A DNA stretch of 63,300 nucleotides, filler included, from Perkinsus chesapeaki ATCC PRA-425 (lineage: Eukaryota; Protista; Perkinsozoa): the NCBI GenBank assembly GCA_013115145.1. It is 14 parts of 14 records of this genome, joined end to end, with 100 filler letters (N's around TTAATTAATTAA, not from the genome) between each part and the next. Parts side by side here need not be neighbours in the genome. Positions count along the whole stretch, not along the records: positions 53,644 to 54,764 come from JAAPAO010002183.1; positions 54,865 to 56,627 come from JAAPAO010001797.1; positions 56,728 to 57,794 come from JAAPAO010002230.1; positions 57,895 to 58,954 come from JAAPAO010002237.1; positions 59,055 to 60,184 come from JAAPAO010002173.1; positions 60,285 to 62,144 come from JAAPAO010001754.1; positions 62,245 to 63,300 come from JAAPAO010002246.1; 7 more parts are not named here. One strand, 5' to 3'. Numbering within the stretch: position 1 is the first letter of the stretch; each line of letters begins with the position of its first letter. The position numbers and the translations under genes are program-made. Shown piece by piece: positions 54,200 to 63,300 of the stretch. The notes beneath the pieces are model-generated. The model did no database searches. It had not been told where the DNA came from and saw only the letters and a program-made list of their open reading frames with translations.

Positions 54200-56079
54200 T
54201 TTACCACCGAAGCTGACGACTATTGGTAATAGAAAAAAGGTAGGAAAATACCAACCCCTGTGAAAAGACAAAGTCCACACCTCTGCGAAGTCGTGAATTG
54301 AAAGCTCTAAGAATGTTACTGTACTCAGTTGGGGAGAGCTGCCTCGAGATAATCATATAGAACTAAGAAGCATCAGTTGAATAGTGGTGAACATCGACAG
54401 GCTTCGTTTGCCCATCATACAACAAAAGTGTGAATAGAATTAATTGTAATAAAGCTCTATAACGCAACCAGATGAGCAAGTACGTAACAAGGAGCATGAG
54501 ACGAAGGTTATCCAAAAATGATACTCGTTGTTTAAATCGCATTACAAGATAACTTTAACAATCTCAACGCCCATTAGTCGGGCATGCGTGTGATGCATTA
54601 CAATCCTCGCTCGCCTTTAGGGACATGCTATTAACGAGCGTTCTCAGAATTCCATGGTCTATTATATATCAAGTCTTTTTAATGAGCCTTGATATTGTGA
54701 ACTAAGATCCTCACAGTTTTATTCCCGATCTGTTATTAAGCTCAAATGAGATTCTCCCCATCATNNNNNNNNNNNNNNNNNNNNNNNNNNNNNNNNNNNN
54801 NNNNNNNNTTAATTAATTAANNNNNNNNNNNNNNNNNNNNNNNNNNNNNNNNNNNNNNNNNNNNCTATTTTGAAGGGCAGAATTATCTCCTGAAAACTTA
54901 CTCGATGCTACATCAGTGATGAATCGGAGACTCTCTTCATTCGAGCTGTGAAGAAGTAGATAATGCGTATTTGGAAAAGTAGTTATAAACTAGGTCATGC
55001 CATTCTCACTAGTTTGAGTTCACCTGTACTTTGACTCCAGTTTCCGGAGTTCGAAGTATTGGTATTCTGGCTCAAGCTCCTTTGTTGTGTTATGTTGCGT
55101 GTCAGAGATACACTCCAACAAAAAGCTGACGGAGAGGCGTAAGGAAGAGCCTTAGTGTGTATGCGTGCAACTGTGTAGCCTGCATAGCTATGGCGCACAG
55201 CGCAACTACTTACAATACTAAGAATACCTTCCCGGTTCTTAGCACTGCCATATGCCTGAACGTAGAGGATATGCGTGAAAGCACGCTTACCACACCATCA
55301 CAACAGTTATTCTCAGGAGTTCATCAGCTGGTACCGCGATAACAGTTGAACGCGTGCGCGAGGGGTCTCTTCGCCCTCAATAACCCTTAGGTTGGAGGTT
55401 CTTACCGGCGTTACACAAAGCCCAATACAGATAGGCGTGTTGCGCTTCGACATCTCGTGCATAGAGTACGAATCGCACTGTGCGACTCGTGTGCTTACTG
55501 ATATTTTCCCATAACTGTAGTTTAGCTTCCTGTGCTACTATTTCTAAGATATAGTCAGGAAGTCTTCCAGGAAGACTTCCTGAAAACCCAATAACGTGAC
55601 ATTTGCGGTAGATGTGTTGTACTATCCACGTCGTAGCAGAATGAGTAACACAAGCGACTTAGATAGGATATCTCTGAGTGGCCCGTTGAAGTTAATCCAC
55701 TGATATCACTCTGCAGTAGGAGTGGCAACTTCGAGCAGCAACTGGCTTATAGCAGCCCGTACGCGTGCCCCGCGTCTCAGTTGGCGACTCTCGGGAGATT
55801 ACAGCTTAGAGCGACAGCGACATCTGAAGCGACATCGTCTCTCTAAGAGCTTAGAGCGACATCTCGCCATGGGCGAGATGTCGCTCTAAGCTCTTGAGCT
55901 TTCGGGCATGCTTTACCCGTAGCGTGCCTCTTTATGCGTGGTCAGGGTTCCCTCCTCCGGCCACCCGCTTGTAGCTACCCGCGACAGGCGGGTACAAATC
56001 GTACTTGTTCGTTGTTCGATCGAAGTTGCCATCGTGGCGCCATGGAACTTCACCGTTATTTAGTTCAGTCTAGTGCCTA

Positions 56080-56484
56080 ATGCTTCTCAACACTGCCCTC
56101 AAGGCAGCTGTTCTTACCTCCGTGAATGTCGCGGCCAAGAATTACTGCGTGAATCTCATCCCGTTCGGGCCGGCGGAGGAGTGTTTACAAGTTGACTGGC
56201 CGGTTCAACTCGAGAAGTCAATTGAAGTTCAGCTTAGTGTCTATTGTGACCTATTCGGATCAGAGAGCGGCCCCATCACTTTTAATCAGACTAGCCCGCA
56301 AGTGTTTGAAGTTTCAGAGAGATCCAGAGCATATTTGACCGACTATGTTAGTGATGTCCGAGAAATTTGTGCTGGCGTTATGACGGTCTATGATAGCGAC
56401 TTGAGTTATATTTATGAGATAGACAATGACTTGGTACTAAACTTCGATGGAGCTAAGGAGCTGAGCGCGTGCTCGTGCCCTTAA
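56080..56484 (+). CDS. Small secreted Cys-containing protein
   Basis: 134-aa intronless ORF: signal-like N-terminus, NYC motif just after it, C-terminal CSCP. Confidence 0.65.
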   Translation: MLLNTALKAAVLTSVNVAAKNYCVNLIPFGPAEECLQVDWPVQLEKSIEVQLSVYCDLFGSESGPITFNQTSPQVFEVSERSRAYLTDYVSDVREICAGVMTVYDSDLSYIYEIDNDLVLNFDGAKELSACSCP

Positions 56485-56806
56485 TTCTGGATTCACTGCT
56501 AGCCGGTCATTGTGACTGCCCCACCCCTTCTGTGGGTGATGACAAGCTGAATCGTTCTGTCGGGGAATTGGTGTCAACGCATTGCAATTACTGCTGCCAC
56601 AATCCTTCCCAGATCGAAGTTCTGCCANNNNNNNNNNNNNNNNNNNNNNNNNNNNNNNNNNNNNNNNNNNNTTAATTAATTAANNNNNNNNNNNNNNNNN
56701 NNNNNNNNNNNNNNNNNNNNNNNNNNNGTGTTGCTCTAGATAGTGGCCGCTTAATTGCTGCTTTGCTCAGTTCTCTTCGACAAGACGTCGAAGAAGTGGC
56801 CGGAAA

Positions 56807-56997
56807 ACGAAATTGTTTTTTTAAGTGGGCGAAATTGAAGGCATCTCCTGGGTTTGGATGAAATTAAAAGTTCAAAGACGAAACTGAATGTCCCAAGCGC
56901 GAACAAGATCTTTCTATTTCGGATTCGGACCTTCAACTTCGCTCGCCGTCACGAAATTGATGTTCCCAAGGACGAACTAGATATTGAAAAGGTGTAG
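56807..56997 (+). repeat. Dispersed CGAAATTGA repeat, copy 2
   Basis: Aligns along its length with 46238-46428. Confidence 0.85.
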
Positions 56998-57130
56998 ATA
57001 CGAACTGAGGTAGATTCTCGCAGCTGATTCTAACCGACAATAAGCTCAAGTAGATCGGAGCATCACGTAGATGCTTCGGTCAGTAAGTTGCGATCAGCAC
57101 TTCTGATTTGAAAGTGAAGGGGCATCGCTC

Positions 57131-57152
57131 GTCGCTCTGAGCGACTCGCTCA
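57131..57152. repeat. 7-8-7 scar
   Basis: GTCGCTC|TGAGCGAC|TCGCTCA. Confidence 0.9.
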
Positions 57153-57234
57153 GCCTCGCGACAGCCTCGCTCAGCCTTCCCAGTGGACTGATGAGCGTGA
57201 TTGTCCAAGGACAAGGATAAGGTTCCAACCAGTC

Positions 57235-57256
57235 CGGTAGAGTCTACCGGGTAGAC
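57235..57256. repeat. 7-8-7 scar
   Basis: CGGTAGA|GTCTACCG|GGTAGAC. Confidence 0.9.
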
Positions 57257-57894
57257 TGCATTCTTATGAAACCTCGCTAACTTTTCGTCGATTGCCTAGG
57301 GGCCGTCCGCCACGTGACTTGATCAATAATGCAGATACGCTCATACTTGGTTTATTTGGTGGTTTCCGCAAACCCTCGTTGGCTGACTGAAACGCTCAGT
57401 AGTAGTTCCTTAGTAGTGCTTATGGGAGAATGTCGTTGTTTCGAATTAGTAATGTTTCAGGATCAACCTCATCGCTATAACGTGTCGAGAAAATTACTTC
57501 AAGTGCGCCCAGTGCACTGTATGAACTCCAGCTCGAGTTACGCCGAACAAAAAATGAGACGCACAAGTAGTTAAAGCCAAGGCCTCTGCCATCCGATCCG
57601 AGATTCGTCCTACTCGTGAACGCAGCTGCCAATATGAGCAGATAAACTCTTTGTTCGGTTTATGCACGGAACCTATCCCGGGTATGCCCAGAGCCACTTA
57701 TTCCCATCGAAGCCTCGCAAATGAAGTGTTACAACAGGAGGAGACTTGGCCTCATTGCTAGATGCTTCCTCGATTTCCCCGGCGGTCTGCAGGANNNNNN
57801 NNNNNNNNNNNNNNNNNNNNNNNNNNNNNNNNNNNNNNTTAATTAATTAANNNNNNNNNNNNNNNNNNNNNNNNNNNNNNNNNNNNNNNNNNNN

Positions 57895-58954
57895 TCGGTT
57901 CGTTATCGCGAGGGGACTAAGCATGTAAATGCTGATGCCCTCTCGAGGATACGGTCGGTTTCTCCTGTACGCAACGAGGTCCCCTCGGTCGGTGTGGTTA
58001 CTGCTGAGCAACTTGGTTGTGGTTTGGTAACGGACGTGGACTTCCTGGACAAGGCCGTGGCTGATATAGATAGGACGGTGACGCGCGCACACTCTGTGAC
58101 GCCGGAACCTTGTGCGGTCACACCGGCTCCCTCGTGCCCTATCACTTGTATCCTTTCGGTGGCCCCCCGGTGGACTAAGGAGGAACTTCGACAAGCTCAA
58201 CAACGTGACCCTACTCTCTCCTTGGTGTTTGAACGTCGTCTTGACCCCGCTCCTCTAGCAAGGAATGAATTGGTCGGTCCTGAGCTTGTACCTTACAAGA
58301 AGATTTGGGGACAGCTTGAAGTTGTGGATGGTGTCTTAGTGCGTTTGGTTCGTCCCCTTCCTGATGATAAGCCTCGCTTGGTTCCTGTTGTTCCTCAGGA
58401 AATTCGGCCGGAAGTTCTGCTCCAGTTCCACGATGACGATGGTCACTTCGGTAAGGAGCGCGTTGGAAAGAAGCTGGTATCGCTGTGCTATTGGCCGGGT
58501 ATGCTGACTGCGGTGGCTGACTATGTCTGTGCCTGTCAACGGTGTAAGGAGGCTAAGAACAAGATTATTCCCCCTATGGATTTGGTGACTATTCCGGTCG
58601 GTCGTCCTTGGCACACTGTTGCCATTGACTTCTTATCGCTTTCTACTCCCGTCGGCTCCTTCTCCAAGCTCTTGGTGGTTGTTGACTATTTCACTAAGTT
58701 TGCGGAGGCCTTTCCTGTTTCCGATGAGACCGCAGCTAGTGCGGTGGCTCCCTTGTATGCCCTCTTCGGGCATTTCGGGCCTCCGCAGCGGGTCTTGTCG
58801 GATAATGGGCCGGCCTTTGAGAGTAAGGTCTTTGAGAAGGTGCTTACTGGCCTTGGTTGTAAGCGAGCTCACTGTACGGTCTATCACCCTCAGGGGAATG
58901 GTCTCGTAGAAAGGTTTAATGGGACGGTGCTGGGCATGCTTCGAACCCACATCG
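57895..58954 (+). mobile_element. Ty3/gypsy pol fragment: end of RNase H and integrase
   Basis: HVNADALSR, HHCC zinc finger (HDDDGHFG...CQRC), AIDF, VVVDYFTKF, SDNG and HPQGNGLVERFN. The frame is open across the contig. Confidence 0.95.
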
Positions 58955-59054
58955 NNNNNNNNNNNNNNNNNNNNNNNNNNNNNNNNNNNNNNNNNNNNTT
59001 AATTAATTAANNNNNNNNNNNNNNNNNNNNNNNNNNNNNNNNNNNNNNNNNNNN

Positions 59055-60184
59055 ATATTTATTATGTATTATTCTATAGAGTAATGTATATTTATATTTA
59101 TTATACACTATTATATATTTATATCTGGATATTATGTATTAATAATAGATAATTCCTTATATTTATTAATGGCTATATTTATAATAGGTGTTGATTAATA
59201 GTAATAATTATTAGATCTATTATAAAGAATAGGATGTATTATAAGTTTAATACTAATATTGTATAATTAATATATTATTGGTTATATCATTATATTTATT
59301 ATTAATATAATATTTATCTAGCTATACTTTATATTATAACAATATATATTTATAGTATACTATATATAATATAGATAATTATGATATTAGATAAACTATA
59401 TAGATTTATTATAAATCTAATTTAACCTGTAATATTATTATAATATTAGCTATTATGACGTTATAATATAATATATCTATAAACTATATGTTAATATACA
59501 CTATTATATAAATATGATAATAATAATAGTAATATATCTATATTGAATATCAGGGTTAATAGAATATATTGATATTAGTAGTCTATCTTATATATTATAG
59601 GGGTTATATTATCTTATTAATAATATATTATTTATTATCTCTATATCCTTTATTATACCTTATTATATATAATATCTATCTATACTTATATTCTATATTG
59701 ATATATTTACTAGTATTATTATCATATTTATATAATAGTGTATATTAACATATAGTTTATAGATATATTATATTATAACGTCATAATAGCTAATATTATA
59801 ATAATATTACAGGTTAAATTAGATTTATAATAAATCTATATAGTTTATCTAATATCATAATTATCTATATTATATATAGTATACTATAAATATATATTGT
59901 TATAATATAAAGTATAGCTAGATAAATATTATATTAATAATAAATATAATGATATAACCAATAATATATTAATTATACAATATTAGTATTAAACTTATAA
60001 TACATCCTATTCTTTATAATAGATCTAATAATTATTACTATTAATCAACACCTATTATAAATATAGCCATTAATAAATATAAGGAATTATCTATTATTAA
60101 TACATAATATCCAGATATAAATATATAATAGTGTATAATAAATATAAATATACATTACTCTATAGAATAATACATAATAAATAT
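59055..60184. repeat. Extremely AT-rich contig that is one large inverted repeat
   Basis: Arms 59055-59525 and 59714-60184 are reverse complements in every segment checked. The 188-bp centre is partly paired. Confidence 0.95.
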
Positions 60185-62244
60185 NNNNNNNNNNNNNNNN
60201 NNNNNNNNNNNNNNNNNNNNNNNNNNNNTTAATTAATTAANNNNNNNNNNNNNNNNNNNNNNNNNNNNNNNNNNNNNNNNNNNNAGAATTCTCCCTTTAC
60301 AAGAGCCTTTTTTCACTTGACTTTTTCTTCTTTTCCCTTGAAATTCCTTTCTTTCATCAAACGTTTTCATTTCAAGTCATTTTAGGCAATTTTTCCCCAA
60401 CAATCCTTCACTTTTATCAGTTCACATTTCTTACATTTTTCCAATTTTTGTTAGACTAGACTCTACGTAGTTACCGATAAATCACCAGTGATGATGTTAT
60501 GAAATGACCGTCTCACTCAACTCGCACATCACGATAGTACTTTGCAATAGCATCATCGGTCACTATAATACTAAAATATAAATTGGCTGTACCAACCTAC
60601 TCCGAGAGACACGAAATACAATAGAAATAATCCGTTCAATGCTCAACACCAGCAACCCGAGCTCAACCCAACATCCTCGCGCTACTGTACTCCACCCTCT
60701 ACCACTCTACCCATTTTGTATTCTGGTCAGATTTGGCACCACTGATGCTGCACCTTAACTGGCGGGTAACACTTACGTATCTGTTTCGACGTTGGGTCCC
60801 TAGGCTTGCACCATTTCGGGGACATGTGTATCGAGAAACTTCGTACCACCCTCCTCAAGGGATTCTGCCAGAGACTCATGAGCATACCTTTAGCTTGCGG
60901 TGACCGCCACATGGTACAATGTAAGACAAACTGGGGTGAGAGCGGTACGAAATAGATATTTTCGAGGCGCGTGACTTACTCATTCGACTCGTGTGATTGT
61001 AGCCGAATCACCAATTTCCAAGAGAGGTACCCGAGTACAACTACCCATAAAACTCAGTAACTTCGACATAACATATTGTACTAGGATCTTGCTGTGCAGA
61101 GTGGTGACAGAATGCAGTTTTTGAAATAAAAAGATTAACTAACATACTTATTATATTTAGTATCCTGCCACCTGTCACCACCACGTCGGAAGAGAATCCA
61201 CAGTGGTTCTCTTCAAAATACAGGCTTATGAAGGTATCAACCGTGGTGATTCGGCACACTTCATACAAACTCCTTTTTCATACCGCACTTTTCTACCAGC
61301 CGCAAACATATCACCAAGAGGACTTGGTCTCAGCTACAATTCCTGTAGTCTCGAGAGTCATCAGTCTTACAATGTATTACCTTCCACTGAAAAAAATGCA
61401 TAAACAGTGTTATCATAAGACATAATGCACCGGGCCATGCAATACAACAAATCGTCGTGACATGATTTATGGCGCGGGCTCGATCAAATTTATTGGGGGT
61501 CGCTGACAGCGTCACACTGTGCAGTCTGTACAGTACAGCCTGATTCAGGACTCCTGAACACGCTGGCCCGGTACTTCCGGGCCGGGACCTCAACCCTGTG
61601 CAGGGGGATCGGGGGTACAAAAATTAAACAAAGCGGGTTGTCCGCAAAGTCTCGATTGTAGAACTGCCGACCAATTCTGTACAGCACAAGTACACCCCAG
61701 CCTGGAGTCCCCAAGTATCATCCAAGACCGACCAGGTTTCGAGTTTTTGACGAGTTTTTGCTCTTAGAACTCCTAGCCATCTAAGACTGACTATTCGACC
61801 ATAGGATCTTCTTCTTCTAGCCCCCATGGTCACAGCCCGGCCTTTGAGGCACTAAGGGCCGCCAAACTTGGACTGAGTTGATCGGCTAGCACTGTCAAGG
61901 GTTCAGTGACCGCGCAACACTCAACTTCAAGGGTTCATTCGACCATAGGAGCAAAGCGCATTTCCGCGGAAGTTCATGGTCCGTTCACTCAACTCAGATA
62001 TCACGATAGTACTGAATCACAGAAAAACTCCGGCTCTTCTGTTTGAGTAGTACCACCTCCCAGGACATACGTGGACCCCAGAGGATATCTGCACCACGCG
62101 TGTGTAGAGCAGGAAACCAAGGAACTTCGTTCATCTTCAGGTGTNNNNNNNNNNNNNNNNNNNNNNNNNNNNNNNNNNNNNNNNNNNNTTAATTAATTAA
62201 NNNNNNNNNNNNNNNNNNNNNNNNNNNNNNNNNNNNNNNNNNNN

Positions 62245-63127
62245 CCTCCATAACCAAGATGACTCCGTGCATGTACAAGTGGAGCAACGCCTCAAAGCTC
62301 GAGCCTTAGCAAGACGACGACGCCATGAACGAAGATATGGTGCAATGAGTCGACATGGTTTTATGATCGATGATTTGGTTTATTGGTATCATGGACCTGG
62401 AAGAACAAAGTTGAATGCTAAATGGGTTGGACCATATAAAGTTATAGAAGCTTATCCTACTAAAGTTATTATAAGAATCGAGAACCTCAAGACGAAGCAA
62501 AGCCACTATGTTCATGCAAACGCACTGAAGCTGGCAAATATACGCCGACCACAATCACAAGACTCCAATGAGACAATTCCAACAAGACCTATATCTATTA
62601 GTGAGCGGCATCTTACCTCGAGAACATCTACTTCACAAGTAATCTCGCCGCAATTCATCCAACTTGGTGATGGTCCCGTTATACCAGACGTTCCAGAACA
62701 ACCAGTAGCAACGCCAAGAAGTATGGACGATAGCGACCTGATGATGAAAGAGCCCTTGCATAATGCCGATGGTGATGCTACACATGTATCTCAACCCCAC
62801 GAGAGTCCTCAAGAAGTTCATAGACCAATGAAGAGTCCTCAGTCAGTGGACCGGGCATATGAGAATCAAGATATAATACCTGAGAAGGATGACACTAATA
62901 CTCGAAATGATGCTATAGAAGAGTCGACGATGAGTGCTCGCGGTTCTAGGTATATTCAACATGGAGACCAAGTTCTAAGGAGATCGACTCGGGTACCGAA
63001 GAAGACCCCCAACTACGCTGAACCACCATCAACACCAACGAGAAGTCGGAAGAGACGCCGAAATGATTGCCAGCAAGGTCCCCGTAAGAAGAAGCGGCCT
63101 GAGGGGGGGGAAGCCGCTGATGCCTGA
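62245..63127 (+). mobile_element. Ty3/gypsy pol C-terminal fragment with polypurine tract
   Basis: KLNAKWVGPYKV...VHANALK (GPY/F module), disordered tail with RRSTR, and GAGGGGGGGGAAG at 63101-63113. Confidence 0.7.
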
Positions 63128-63300
63128 CCGTTTCGTTCATTGCTCTGTACGTTTCGCGCGCGCCCAGATGATCGATTTCCTCCAAATCTCTGGAGGGGGT
63201 AGCCTGTGGCGCCTATTGTGTTATAGCGTCCCATAGCCTGTCCCGTAGCTTAGGGACCCCCATTTACCAGTACTGAGAGTATAACTCAACTACACTATCA

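Noticed and set aside
59055-60184. Hydrophobic frames as cox1/cox3/cob fragments
   Set aside because: No conserved motifs recognised; AT-rich DNA yields Ile/Tyr/Leu/Phe runs by default.

Overview
The window is 14 eukaryotic sequence pieces joined by 13 artificial 100-nt spacers (N44-TTAATTAATTAA-N44), so adjacency across spacers is not established. Short GT-AG introns and families of small secreted proteins suggest an intron-rich protist, possibly a Perkinsus-like alveolate (inference only). Host genes: adenosine kinase, an alpha/beta hydrolase (monoacylglycerol lipase-like), an MDR-family oxidoreductase, an EF-hand protein, the 5' part of EMC1 and several small secreted-protein paralogs. Mobile DNA: a possibly intact spliced hAT transposase next to an apparently catalytically dead paralog, a 768-bp hAT MITE with 13-bp TIRs and 8-bp TSD, decayed Ac-like ends, a >2000-aa Helitron-like Rep/helicase gene, an RTE-like LINE and two Ty3/gypsy fragments. 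There is also a 1130-bp AT-rich palindromic contig. The most striking signal is a stereotyped 22-bp scar: first 7 nt of an 8-mer, then the reverse complement of the 8-mer, then its last 7 nt. I found it exactly 17 times by eye, plus 6 one-mismatch copies. Collapsing the scars restores LINE reading frames, and one scar is absent from a paralogous repeat copy. This fits hairpin-type hAT excision footprints at very high density.
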